NCBI RefSeq assembly: GCF_001194135.2
Contig: NC_069002.1
Location: 23,870,633 to 23,934,632 of the forward strand
Direction: 5' to 3'
Source: Octopus bimaculoides
Taxonomy: Eukaryota
Length of the DNA: 64,000 nt
Shown here: positions 12,791-25,872 of the stretch, one piece after another
Position numbering within the stretch: position 1 is the first letter of the stretch
Layout: each line of letters opens with the position of its first letter
The notes under the pieces: generated by a model
What the model saw: the letters and a program-made list of their open reading frames with translations, nothing else
Databases searched by the model: none
What the model was told of the DNA's origin: nothing
Translations under genes and position numbers: made by a program

Positions 12791-13294
12791 ATATGTATGT
12801 ATATATANNNNNNNNNNNNNNNNNNNNNNNNNNNNNNNNNNNNNNNNNNNNNNNNNNNNNNNNNNNNNNNNNNNNNNNNNNNNNNNNNNNNNNNNNNNNN
12901 NNNNNNNNNNNNNNNNNNNNNNNNNNNNNNNNNNNNNNNNNNNNNNNNNNNNNNNNNNNNNNNNNNNNNNNNNNNNNNNNNNNNNNNNNNNNNNNNNNNN
13001 NNNNNNNNNNNNNNNNNNNNNNNNNNNNNNNNNNNNNNNNNNNNNNNNNNNNNNNNNNNNNNNNNNNNNNNNNNNNNNNNNNNNNNNNNNNNNNNNNNNN
13101 NNNNNNNNNNNNNNNNNNNNNNNNNNNNNNNNNNNNNNNNNNNNNNNNNNNNNNNNNNNNNNNNNNNNNNNNNNNNNNNNNNNNNNNNNNNNNNNNNNNN
13201 NNNNNNNNNNNNNNNNNNNNNNNNNNNNNNNNNNNNNNNNNNNNNNNNNNNNNNNNNNNNNNNNNNNNNNNNNNNNNNNNNNNNNNNNNNNNNN

Positions 13295-13343
<49 letters not shown>

Positions 13344-14185
13344 CATACATATATACAATTCATATATACATAATATGCAATCCAGTAACATATCTATTCA
13401 TTGTGAATATGTGTTGACAGATTCAGACATGAATATCTGATCCTGGTTAATTTTCATCATCAGAGAACACCTCCCTTTAGACGACATGTATACAAAACAC
13501 CTGATTTAACAGTGTAAGAAGACACTGGGATACTGCTGTCTTTCAGCCTTATTGTCTCTCCTGGTCAAAGCTTCCCTGCCAGATTGATGAAGCTCACACG
13601 AACATCAGCTTTCATTTATAGGGATCAACAAATGAATTATTTACTGATGTGCGCTGATATCTACCAAACAGAAAAAAATTCATGGGGTGCATTTAGAAGA
13701 GTGAGAATCCAGACAGTTATATATTTATTAATTTGTAATAATTTCAGACAAATTTGAATGTGAATATCTGATCACTGTTGTATTTTGTTGTTGGTGAACA
13801 TCCTAGTTTGTTCACTGGTTTCCATAAACAAGAGCTGATGCCCTTCTTAGATGACTGAGTGAGGTCAAAACACCTGCACATCCATACATACATACACACA
13901 CACATCCATACATGCATACACACACACATCCATACACATTCCAACTCACATCACACCCATTCACTCACATCAGTACAGTCTCTCACACACTTACTCTCCT
14001 GCACCTTCACCCCTAAAAACAGCAAAACCTGCACACGCACACACTCTTACAGCCATATGCACTTACAAACTCTCACTCAGACCAAACACACACATTCTCA
14101 CACACACCTGCACTCAAGTACACTTTCCCTGTCATGCACACTCACTCTCACATTCATAAACACCTATAAACATGCTTGTACACAC

Positions 14186-14225
<40 letters not shown>

Positions 14226-14519
14226 TCTCAATCATACACACTCACACACACACGCTCCCTCCCCACACATAATCCCCCCACCCTCACACCCTTCCCTCAC
14301 ACTCTCCCTCCCACACACGCACTCCCTCACACACTCCCACCCCTCCACCACCCTCCCACCCCCTCTCTCTCACACACACACATGTCTCCTCTCACATAGT
14401 GATGCAAGAATAGATTTCCTTGTGCATACAGATTGTTTTGTGATGAAATGTGTTGTGGTGTTTGTCCTTCTGTTTTGCATGTGTTTCTCAGTGTTTATGT
14501 ATCTTTGCCAGATTCTTTG

Positions 14520-14925
14520 ACAGCACCACCCTGCTGGCTCTTTTATACATGAAACATGGAGCTACTACGAAGACGACTGATCGGCTACGATGCAAAAGGC
14601 TAGAGAAAAATCCATGCTAGAATTATTATTAAGGGATCATATTCACAATGAGATAATTCAAGAACAGAACAGAGTGAATGATGTGATCCCAGAATATCAA
14701 AAGCATTAAGTTCTGCTGGGTCTGCCTTATCGTAGGGCTCACAGAGAATAGGTGAACCCACACAGTTGCCCAGTGGTATCCAAGAGGTCAAAAAAGGCCA
14801 CTTGGGAACACGATTCAGTTGAGCTATTGGGGTCAAGATGGAAAAGAATGGAACCAATTAAGACAGAACTGCAAGCGCATTGTGACCAGTGGTGTACAAT
14901 AGCATCTGATGATTTATCAATTCGT
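14520..14925 (+). mobile_element. Degenerate RTE-type LINE 3' fragment
   Basis: Translation KSML..LRDHIHNEII..QNRVNDVI resembles the RTE post-RT region; stops and frameshifts. Confidence 0.55.
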
Positions 14926-14976
14926 TGATGATGTGTTCTTGTTATATATGTCCTTGTGTTACATATATGTAGTGAA

Positions 14977-15307
14977 GGTGCATGGCTTAGTGGTTAGGGC
15001 ATTCGGCTCATAGTCGTAAGGTCGTGAGTTCAATTCCTGGCAACGCATTGTTTCTTTGAGGTAGACACTTTATTTCACATTGCTCCAGTACACTCAGCTG
15101 GCAAAAATGAGTAGTACCTGTAATTCAAAGGGGCCAGCCTTGTCACACTCTGTGTCACACTCTGTGTCACACTGAATACCCCTGAGAACTACATTAAGGA
15201 TACATGTGTCTGTGGAGTGCTCAGCCACTTGCACTTTAATTCCATGAGCAAGCTTTTCCGTTGATCAGATCAGCTGGGACCCTCGTTATAACTGACAGAG
15301 TGCTCCT
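14977..15307 (+). mobile_element. tRNA-derived SINE, family B
   Basis: A box TGGCTTAGTGGTTAGG, B box GAGTTCAATTCC, body CTCAGCTGGCAAAAATGAG...GGGCCAGCCTTGTCACAC; related copies near 20380-20640, 52735-53120, 53478-53855 and 60985-61370. Confidence 0.75.
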
Positions 15308-15791
15308 TTATATATATGTGTGTGTGTATACATGTTCATGTTTTGTATGTAATCTCTATATTCTTCTGTTATCTATATTTTTGTGTGTGTTACTCAAATG
15401 TTTATATTATTGTTTTGTTTTGTGTATGTGTGTGTATATCATGTATACGTTCTTGTGTTATGTATGTATTTATATATGTGTTTATTTATGTTATTATGGA
15501 AGTATATATATATGATGATGGCTGCCCCCTCGTTATTGAGTATGGCCATTGCACAAAGCTTAACATGTTGTTATCGTGCAGTGCCTATGCAAGAAGATTT
15601 TTTTTTAAAGTGAGGAAAGCTGTGCACTGAGTCAATCCCACTCACTAAGCAACAGTAGCCATAACCCGAAAAGAATAACAATTCAACATCATTGGTAACC
15701 ACTGAGCCGCATAGATATATACATACATACATTGATATATACATACATACATACATACATACATACATACATACATACATACATACATACA

Positions 15792-15843
<52 letters not shown>

Positions 15844-16185
15844 NNNNNNNNNNNNNNNNNNNNNNNNNNNNNNNNNNNNNNNNNNNNNNNNNNNNNNNNN
15901 NNNNNNNNNNNNNNNNNNNNNNNNNNNNNNNNNNNNNNNNNNNNNNNNNNNNNNNNNNNNNNNNNNNNNNNNNNNNNNNNNNNNNNNNNNNNNNNNNNNN
16001 NNNNNNNNNNNNNNNNNNNNNNNNNNNNNNNNNNNNNNNNNNNNNNNNNNNNNNNNNNNNNNNNNNNNNNNNNNNNNNNNNNNNNNNNNNNNNNNNNNNN
16101 NNNNNNNNNNNNNNNNNNNNNNNNNNNNNNNNNNNNNNNNNNNNNNNNNNNNNNNNNNNNNNNNNNNNNNNNNNNNNNNNNNNNN

Positions 16186-17110
16186 GGGTCCTCGGAAAGG
16201 AAGCTTTGCTGTTTGAAGAGAATTGTGAAAAACAAACCCCGTTTGAAGGCTCCTGACACTGCAAAACAGCTAGAAGTTAGTCGAAGAATGTGTGTTACAT
16301 ATCTGCATAAGCTTGGGTGTTATGGACGAGCAGCTAGAAGAAAACCTCTCTTTCAACCAATTAATATCATGAAAAGAAAGAAATGGGCTGAGGAGATGTC
16401 AGAAAAATCCAGTTCATTTTGGGATAGAGTGATTTTCTCAGATGAATCCAGATTTTCATTATTTTTAGACAGTGGACGTGTTTGGGTCTGGAGGCTTTCC
16501 AATCAAGAATTTGATTTGAAACGAGTCCAACCAACTGTGAAATATGGCAGTATCTCTATAATGGTATGGGGAGCTGTCTCCAGCAATGGTCGTCCTGAAC
16601 TGATCGAATGTGTTGGAACCATAAACTCTGAAAAATACATCGTAATACTTAAGCAAGGACTACTTCTGATGTGTTCACACGATAACATAACAAAAAATGA
16701 GTTTTTATTCATGGAAGATGGGGCTCCATGCCACACAGCAAAAGGAAATCAACAATGGCTGACTGAAAAAGCTTCCTTGGCCGAGCAAATCTCCTGACAT
16801 GAACCCAATTGAAAATGTTTGGAACATACTAGATAGAGCTATACGAAAAACTGGACAGATACCTAAATCTAAAAATGAATTGTTTCGATTGTTGCGTGAA
16901 AAGTGGGCAGAAATTCCACAAGAGACAATCACAAAGCTCATCAGTTCAATGCCAAAAAGAGTTTCTGAATTAAAAACTGCAAAGGGAATGTCAACTAAAT
17001 ACTAAAGTATGTAGTCCTACCTATCGATTACATTCCAATTGTTCGCTTTGCGTATTAAATGAAAGATTTTGAAAATTAAAAGGTGTCTATTTACTTCCTG
17101 CATGTTTGTG
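16186..17110 (+). mobile_element. Tc1-family transposon, right part, frameshifted transposase
   Basis: VIFSDESRF, FMEDGAPCH and WPSKSPDMNPIENVW motifs; frameshifting deletion near 16770; end ...CATGTTTGTG followed by TA; left end lies in the N gap. Confidence 0.9.
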
Positions 17111-17524
17111 TATATGTATCTATTTATTTATGTGTGTGTGTGTGTGTCTTTGTGACTCTGTTTGTCCCACCACCATCATTTGACAACTAATGCTGGTGTG
17201 GTTATGTCTTCATAGCATACCAGTTCAGCAAAAGAGACTGATAGAATGAGTACCAGGCTTAAAAAGAGAAAGTACTTGGCTTGATTCAATTGACTAAAAA
17301 TTCTTGAAGGTCGTGCCCCAGGATGGCTGCAGTCTAATAACTTAGACAAGTAAAAGAATATGTATGTTTGTGTGTGTGTGTGTGTGTGTGTGTAAACTTC
17401 AAAGATAAGTCCTGAGGTCAATTTCTTCCACTAAAACTATTTAAGGTGATGCTGAAGCATGGCCACAATCAACTGAGTAAAAGAATAACAGAATTACTTA
17501 TGATGGGATAGTGTGAATGGCAAA

Positions 17525-18720
17525 AAGTTAAATATCTTAATTTTTGAGAACATTTCATTGGGAGTCTAGGTCCTTGTAGGTAAAGGTGTAGATAACCAGC
17601 AGCAGAGGACATACTGGAGTTTCTGGCTAGAGTTCAATACCATCCTGAGCAGAACCAAATGGTTTTTCACTTACTTTTTGTTTCTACATCTGCAAAACTA
17701 TTAAATTATATAATAATAATTAATGTAGGAGTGGCTGTATGGTAAGAATCTTGCTTCCCAACCTTTCTGGGTTTAGTCCCACTGCTTGGCACCTTGGACA
17801 AGTCTTTTTCTGTAGGCTCAGACTGGTCAAAGACTTGTGAGTGAATTTGGTAGACAGAAACTGAAAGAAGCCAGTTGTGTGTGTGTGTGTGCTCGGAAAG
17901 ATGAGATATTTAAATCAATTTTTATTATTGATTGGACGCAATTATAGATTTAAGTATCTCAGCTTTGACAGCAATTATTGGGCGGGAGGGACCCGGTAGA
18001 CTGGTGGGTAAAGGTGAGTGTAGATGAGCTGGACACTCTGAAGTGTCCTGCCAAGGGTTCAAACCTGGTCAGGATAGGGGAAGAAGGTGAGAGTCTTTTT
18101 ATTTTTTTTTCGTTTATACAAAAATATTTCTAGATAGAGATCGAAACCTCTACCTTCATACAAGGTTGTTAGTTAAATTACTAACACCTTTACCTATTAG
18201 GCCATCAAACCAACACCTAAGAAACAACTTAAAAATGAGATATTTAAATCTATTTTTATTATTGATTTGATGCTGTGGTAGATTTAATTATCTTATTTTC
18301 CACAGAAATTAACAGGGCACCCAATGTAAGTAAAGACACAGATAAATAAGCAGTGATAGGACATCCTGCATAATCTGGTAGTGAATTCAAGTCAGACCAG
18401 AGTGTAAGATTTTTCATTTAAATTTTTTTTTTTTGTTTAATGGTTTCAAAAAAAAAAACTTTAATAAGTGGAGATTGAAACCTCTATCATCTTGCAATGC
18501 TATTCAACTAATTATAAATACCTTTATTCAGAAGGTCCTCTCTGCAGCAACAAGAACAAGCTTAAAAATGGGATATTTATTTAAATCTATTCTCAATAAT
18601 GATCTGATGCTGTGTTAGATCTAAATATCTCATTTTTTACTGAACCTAGAAGTGGGAGACCCAGTAAACCAGTGGGTTAATGGCATGGTGAGGCAGAACA
18701 ACAGCTAAGATGTGAGATAA
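17525..18720. repeat. ~333-bp-period array of head-to-head tRNA-like units with junction hairpins
   Basis: Hairpin motif starts at 17901, 18235 and 18568; A-box-like GGTAAAGG and B-box-like GTTCRA motifs on alternating strands; SINE A inserted at 17725-17890. Confidence 0.6.
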
Positions 18721-18739
18721 TGTGCAATATTATCCAACT

Positions 18740-19556
18740 CTCTCTTTCTTGGTCTACCCTAGGTCCACAACTTCTTGGGGCAGAGTCCTCAAGTACCTCC
18801 GCCATAGGGTCCTATCAGAAGCAGCTGTCATTAGACCTTGTAGATGGATTCCCAAGCATGACCAACACAGGCTATGGACATTATCCAACCATTTCATTCT
18901 TGGCCTACCCCTTGGTCTCCTATCTGCAGAGGGGGTAGAGTCCTCAAGCACCTTCTCCACAGGGTCCTTCTTGTTTTTGGTCTACCCCTTGGTCTCCTGC
19001 CAGTTGGCTCGGCTTGAAGAATTCGTCTTACGACCCTTTCTTGCAACATTTTAAATACATGTCCGTACTACCGCACAGGTGACTTCTCAATATGGAGCAG
19101 TAGATGCACGGTGTGCAGCGACTCCCTGATCACCGAGCTACACACCCTGTGGAATAACTTTCTTGCAGACACCCTTCGGAGGAAAACCATTTTGGTTGAT
19201 CGTATTCTCGATCCTGCTCTTTCGGTCATTATTCAACACTCATGACAGAAATTCCATGTTGTCTGCAAATATCAGCTAAGCCATTCAATGAATGCTGGAG
19301 ATTATCTTCTGATGAACCAAGTAGCACCATGTTGTCTTCAAATATCAGCTAACCAACCTGATCATTGTGATACCATTTCCACAACTGCTGCACATGTTAA
19401 TCCAGTTATGAAAGCTATGAAGAAGAGAGGTAATGATATATATTCCTGCTGAGTCTAACACTCATGTTGAAAGCCTTTGACTTAGCACCATCTGGGCATT
19501 TGTATAGGGACTTCATGGCAACCAGAAGCTGTCCATTAATCCCAAAGTCCTGAAAA
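18740..19556 (-). mobile_element. RTE-type LINE remnant (RT and C-terminal region)
   Basis: RRPRGRPRMKWLDNV..LMTAASDRTLWR and FGINGQLLVAMKSLY peptides; degraded xADD-like motifs; many stops. Confidence 0.75.
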
Positions 19557-20116
19557 NNNNNNNNNNNNNNNNNNNNNNNNNNNNNNNNNNNNNNNNNNNN
19601 NNNNNNNNNNNNNNNNNNNNNNNNNNNNNNNNNNNNNNNNNNNNNNNNNNNNNNNNNNNNNNNNNNNNNNNNNNNNNNNNNNNNNNNNNNNNNNNNNNNN
19701 NNNNNNNNNNNNNNNNNNATCAAGCAGTGGTGGGAAGACGCACACACGTGGGGATCTGATCAAAGATTTTACAATTAAACAAAATAGGAGAAAACTTTTC
19801 AAATATAAATGGATTGGAAGTATACAAGAATAAACATTATTTTCCATCTTCTTGTTTAGTTTTGTTTCATTTTGAAAAACAAATATATATTTTATGGTTT
19901 ATTAATTATTGTTTATATTTTGAATTATATATATATAAGGGGGTACCAAAAATCTATTAAATGCTAAGGGCTTCATCAGGTCTTAATGCGGCCCTGGTCT
20001 TGGATTTCACTTTAAACTTTAAAATAATATTCCATGTGGTTTATATGATCGGAAATGTAATATCGAAGTGTTCATAGTGCCATTGTGAGGATCTGATCAA
20101 AGATTTTGCAATTTAA

Positions 20117-20740
20117 CCCATTACCTCCCATAATTCTATTAACTGGAACCTTTTTTTTTTTATGAAACTTTGATTTCTAGCATAAAACAGCCTTAGAAAC
20201 ACGCTGGAATGATCAAATAACATTTCAAAATAACATTTTAAATAGAAATAAGCGAGATATTGGGTGAAAAATTAGCAAACCTCATTTGAATATCAGAGAA
20301 ATATACCTAGANNNNNNNNNNATATTGGGTGAAAAATTAGCAAACCTCATTTGAATATCAGAGAAATATACCTAGATGTGGAGGCAGGGGATGGTGGCGA
20401 ACCCTGCTGTACTCTTTCATCACAACTTTCTCTCACTCTTACTTCCTGTTTCTGTTGTGCCTGTGATTCAAAGGGGCCAGCTTTGTCACACTATGTCATG
20501 CTGAATATCCCAGAGAACTACGTTAAGGGTACACGTGTCTGTGGAGTGCTCAGCCACTTGCGCGTTAATTTCACGAGCAGGCTGTTCCGTCGATCAGATC
20601 AACTGGAATCCTCAATGTCGTAAGCGACGGAGTGCCAACACATACCTAGTAGATATAGCAAAAAGGTTAGATACGTGTAAATATTTACGAAATTTGTAAT
20701 TTTTAAGTGATCTCATATGAGATCACTGGTAGGTAATGGG
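20117..20740. mobile_element. piggyBac-type MITE interrupted by a family B SINE
   Basis: TTAA then CCCATTACCTCCC at left; GGTAGGTAATGGG then TTGA at right; subterminal perfect 22-bp palindrome at 20706-20727. Confidence 0.65.
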
Positions 20741-21096
20741 TTGAAAACGAGTAGGAGAAAGTTTTTCAAATATAAGTGAAACAGAAGTATACAAAAATAC
20801 ACATTATTTTCCATCTTACTGTGAGTTTTGTCCTAAGCACTTTGCTGGGAGTACTAACGATTCGCCCAGCTCGTAGCATATACATACATACATACATACA
20901 TACATATAGATATATACATACATACATACAGATATATACATACATACATATAGATATATACATGCATATAGATACATACATACATACATATAGATATATA
21001 CAATCATATATATGGTCTTATGCCTGTATATACATGTTATTGCATTATGTATATATGTTGTTATGCACTTATGTTATTGTATCCTGTATATGTGTT

Positions 21097-21137
<41 letters not shown>

Positions 21138-21303
21138 ATGTATATGCTTATGTACATATTGTGTCTGTATTCTTATATATTTCTATGACTTCGTGTTTGT
21201 GCCATGCCTTATAATTCAAGGTGTGTGCCTTTGTCTTAATCATACACATTTCATCTCACCTCTCTGGATTATCACTCCCAATAACCTTTTCTCTATTCTT
21301 CAG

Positions 21304-21377
21304 GTATGACGATGAGAAGGAAGCCGTGACGCAGTACCAGCAGGTTCTCCTGGAAGACATTGTGAAAATCGAAATTG
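21304..21377 (+). CDS. INPP5F: INPP5F/SAC2 internal exon ([25 protein letters not shown])
   Basis: Acceptor ctctattcttcAG, donor GTAAGG; 74 bp, phase 2-1; resembles recalled human YDDEVDKVNQYQRLSLENLEKIEIG. Confidence 0.92.
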
Positions 21378-22498
21378 GTAAGGTCTAAATCATTGGTGGA
21401 TCTAACATACGTTACAGTTATTATGACAGCAACATATCACATTATATTACTATTCACACTCTGTATCACCTTATATGACAATTAAAGAGACGGCTGCTCA
21501 CTGCATTACATCATTGGCAACCACACAGCGCATTACATCATGTGTGTGTGTGTGTGTGTGTGGCAGCACACTTCACTATATATCCATAATGATACACTAC
21601 TACAGAAATATATTGTTCACTGCATTACATGAAGCCATGCACATTCTCACACACACACACGTTATATTGCATTATTATGAAACACCCTTAGAGCACATAC
21701 TGTGACACTGCACCACACCCATACTGCATTCTGCACTACAAAATACAGTGTTGTAAAAGTAGGGGTAGGCTTGACGTGGTTGCTCAGTTTGGTAGAAACT
21801 GCAGCTAAATCTCTTTCAAAATTACACCCTGTTAAGAAAATTTTAACAATGCAATAAATAATATGTTCCTAGAAAGAAATGTTGGAATGGTCATGTCTAG
21901 CATGTCTTTCATTTGTTGGTTCATTGAATTTGGGCTGATCTGGGATTAACCAACAATGACAACAGCACTCAATATGACACAGCACAGCATTATATCCCTT
22001 ACATCACACTAGGCAGAGAACATCTTCCCCACCACCACCATCATTATGATTACCACGTCTGCTTGCTTGCTTGTTTGTTCTCCTCCCCCTTCCTCTAATT
22101 ATCATTAACTTAATTAACATCATCACAACCACCAATATTTCAAACATATTCACCTCTATCGCTACCACCACCATCACCAACTGTTTTCTCCATTAACTCT
22201 TCTGAAACTAAGAAATGTTGATATAGGTGGGGGTGAGTGAGTGGGCTTGAGTGGCGGTGGTGGTGGTGGAGTAGCTTTGCCAAATCTAATTCTGCTTCAC
22301 TCCAAGCTTTTTCTGAGATTTAGAATTTAGAGAGAGAATTTGTGAATCTGGTTTTGAGTTATTATTTCTCAGCACTGTTGTGTGTAGTGTGTGAAGCTTA
22401 CTTTGTAACCATTTGGTTTCAGGTTCAGTCCCACCATGCAGTACCTTGGAGAAAATCTTTTCTAGTATAGTCCCGTAGACAGACACTGTGGAGACCCA

Positions 22499-22551
<53 letters not shown>

Positions 22552-22799
22552 NNNNNNNNNNNNNNNNNNNNNNNNNNNNNNNNNNNNNNNNNNNNNNNNN
22601 NNNNNNNNNNNNNNNNNNNNNNNNNNNNNNNNNNNNNNNNNNNNNNNNNNNNNNNNNNNTGGTGGTGGAGTAGCTTTGCCAAATCTAATTCTGCTTCACT
22701 CCAAGCTTTTTCTGAGATTTAGAATTTAGAGAGAGAATTTGTGAATCTGGTTTTGAGTTATTATTTCTCAGCACTGTTGTGTGTAGTGTGTGAAGCTTA

Positions 22800-23145
22800 C
22801 TTTGTAACCATTTGGTTTCAGGTTCAGTCCCACTGTGTGGCACCTTGGGAAAGTGTCTTCTACTATAGCCTCGGGCCAACCAAATCCTTGTGAGTGGATT
22901 TGGTTGACGGAAACTGAAAGAAGCCCATCACATGTTTATATATATTTGTGCATGTATCTGTGTTTGTCTCCCAACCATCGCTTGACAACCAATGTTGGTG
23001 TGTTTACATTTTCATAACTTAGCAGTTCAGCAAAAGAGACCGATAGAAAAAATACTTGATTTACAAAGAATAAGTCCTAGGGTCAATTTGTTTGACTAGA
23101 GGCAGTGCTCCAGCATTGCCACTGTCAAAATAACTGAAACCAGTA
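22800..23145 (+). mobile_element. SINE family A
   Basis: Body and tail match the family. Confidence 0.75.
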
Positions 23146-24019
23146 AAATAGTATATGTTGGTGCCTGTATAATATATATAGAGGCACAGGTGTGGCTGTG
23201 CCTATAGACGCAGGTATGTCTGAGTAATAAGAAACCTGCTTCGTGAACTGAAAAAAGTAAGGTATTGCCATTTCTGTTGCATACTCTATGTCACTATCAT
23301 TAGTTGGCAGAATACTGGATATGGACAGATAGAGTACCATTAATCCATTACACAGGCATCGTGACAGAAGAGAGGTGACGATGGGTGAAGTTGGAGACAT
23401 TGGATATAACGAATCAAATGCCATTCCTTGTTAAGTGTTGGGTTACAGTGGAGAGGGTGAAGAGTGAAAGATGAGCAGATAATGAAGAGAGCAGTCGTTG
23501 GGGATTTAACATGGAGACAATAAAGGGGAAGGAGAGATCAGACAATGCAGCCCCAGATATACAAAACAGAAGAGACCGTCATGGATGGAATACCTTTGAT
23601 CAAAGGAGCTTTGCTTCATCAGAATTGTCTTGTTAAATAATTGTGGTTAAATAACAACAATAACAGAAAAATAATCAATATCATTTGGGAAATAAATTAA
23701 AAAAAAAACATTAAAAAAAATCACATTTCTGATAATTATTCTAGTTAATCAGTTCACATCTAATTCTAATAGAAATCATAAATTATCATTGTTTTTTTTT
23801 TGGTTCTTTTAAAAACTTCAAAATTTTTTTAAAAGTTTTTTTTTATTATTTTGTATAAACAAATTATAAAGCAACATTTTGCTTTTTGTTGTTTTGGTGG
23901 GGTTTTTGTTTTTCTTTTACTATTTTCATGGAAGAATGACTAGAATGATGTGAGAAAGATAGCTTAAATCACAGATTTTATAATTTAGAAATTAACAATA
24001 ACAACAGTAATTAGAAGCT

Positions 24020-24380
24020 GACACGGCTGTGTGGTTAAAAAGTTTGCTTAGTAAGCACATGGTTTGGGGTTCAGTCCCTCTGCACGGTACCTTGCTCAAG
24101 TGTCTTTTACTATAACCCTGCATCAAACAATGCCAGACAGTGGAATTGGAGAATGGAAACTATGTGGAAGCCTATCATGTGTATGTGTGTGTGTGTCCCT
24201 TCTTCCCCGCTCAACAACTGGTGTTGGTTTATGCCCTCATAACTTAGCAGTTTGGCCTAAGAGATCGATAGAATAAGTGCCAGGCTTAAAACCTAAGTAC
24301 CTGCATTGATTTGTTTGACTGAAACCCTTCAAGGCAGTGCTCCAGCATGGCCACAGGCCAATGACTGAAACAACTAAAAT
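24020..24380 (+). mobile_element. SINE family A, diverged
   Basis: Head and tail recognisable. Confidence 0.7.
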
Positions 24381-25282
24381 ATACAAATCACACAAAACAT
24401 TTTCCAGTTCATCGTGTTGCATCCATTTTTCCATGCTGGAATGGTTTGGATGGATGGCTTGCCATGGTTGGACTCTGCGTATATTTAAAGGTGTTGCTTG
24501 TCTAGATATATCATAGGACTACATCATGTTCATGCATTTCATTTTACACATGGTTTCTAAGTCTAGGTGCCCTTCCTAATGCCAATCACTTTACAGTGGG
24601 GAATGTTTTTTTTTTATCTTTTGCATGGTGTCAGTGCTGGTACACTTTTACAGCCAAGTGGACTGGAGTAATATGACATGGAGTGCCATGATCAAGAATA
24701 CAATGCACTGCCCTATTTAGGAACTGAACCCATGACATTGTGATCATAAGTCGAATACCTTTACCACCAGATCACATGCTTTCATATTTCCAGATTTACT
24801 GATCTTTAAACTTTTAACATTTCAGTTGGCCATACCTGGTACAGATATTCTACTTGTTTTATTGTCAAATCGCCCAGAACTGGCCTCTCTCTCTCTTACC
24901 TATCTTACTAAGGCATTTTAAAAATAAACAATCACACCATTGAAATCTCAAAGCTATGAGATAATCCATGATTAATTCAAAACAATGTGGATAAATAGGG
25001 ATTACATTTGACCAATTAATTTGAATCCCACTTTTTCTTTTCACACCTGCCCTTCCTTCTTACTCTTCTTTTGTACATTCCTGGCTCTGCCTTCATGCAC
25101 TTAAACTGACCACATCTGGCCTAAATATTCTGCTTGTTTAATGCTGAGATTGGCCATATTCAGTGTCTCACACCTACCCTACAATGTCATTCTAAAAATA
25201 AATGATCACATGATTGAAATTTCAAGGCTATAAGATAATGCATGGGTAATTCAAAACTATGTGAATAAGTATTACATTAGAT

Positions 25283-25872
25283 CACATGTTCTCAAAGTGG
25301 GTGCTCCCCCCCCCCCCGGTGGGCATTGAGATGGTCCAGGTGGACACTGGTGCCTAAGGTACAGTGGGTGGGGGACGGTAGAGAAAAAGGAGGTGTTGAG
25401 AGGAAGGTAGTGGACTGGGGAACGCTATCACCATCATCATCATCATCATCATCATCGTCGTCGTCGTTTAATGTCCGCTTTCCATGCTAGCATGGGTTGG
25501 ACGGTTTGACTGAGGACTGGTGAACCAGAAGCCTGCACCAGACTCCTATCTGATCTGGCAAAGTTTTTACAGCTAAATGCCCTTCCTAACGCCAACCACT
25601 CCAAGAGTGTTGTGGGTGCTTTTACATACCACAAGCACAAGGGCCAGTCAGGCAGGACTGGCAACAACCATGCTCAAAAGGTGTTTTTTACATGCCACCT
25701 GCATATAATATTATTATAGTATTGTTTACAAATTATCTGATATTCTATTAAATATCAATTTATTCATAGTATTTATAAATTAGTAAAATATAAAATAAAA
25801 ATAAGAGTGGAGGCGCTGGGGGTATTATGTAGCCATGAGTGGGGCAGTGGCCCAAAAGTTTGAGATCCTCTG
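25283..25872. mobile_element. hAT-type MITE with 8-bp TSD
   Basis: TSD CATTAGAT at 25275-25282 and 25873-25880; imperfect TIRs CACATGTTCTCAAAGT / AGTTTGAGATCCTCTG. Confidence 0.75.
25430..25705 (-). mobile_element. Retroelement family D (GAT-repeat tail), inserted in the hAT MITE
   Basis: Tail GGAAAGCGGACATTAAACGACGACG(ATG)n on the minus strand; body shared with 27405-27835 and 55500-55945. Confidence 0.7.

Noticed and set aside
14399-14520. Alternative SAC2 exon after ...ctcacatag
   Set aside because: No similarity to SAC2; the 12072-12143 exon fills the expected position with the correct phases.
18128-18212. Functional tRNA gene call
   Set aside because: The acceptor stem pairs poorly and the anticodon loop is non-canonical; kept only as a tRNA-like unit in the array finding.
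20259-20373. Identical ~52-bp direct repeat around a 10-N gap
   Set aside because: Typical overlapping contig ends; assembly artefact.
22261-22833. Identical 174-bp duplication on either side of a gap, continuing into two different SINE A bodies
   Set aside because: 100% identity across a gap suggests a contig overlap or mis-join inside a repeat; long reads are needed before treating it as real.
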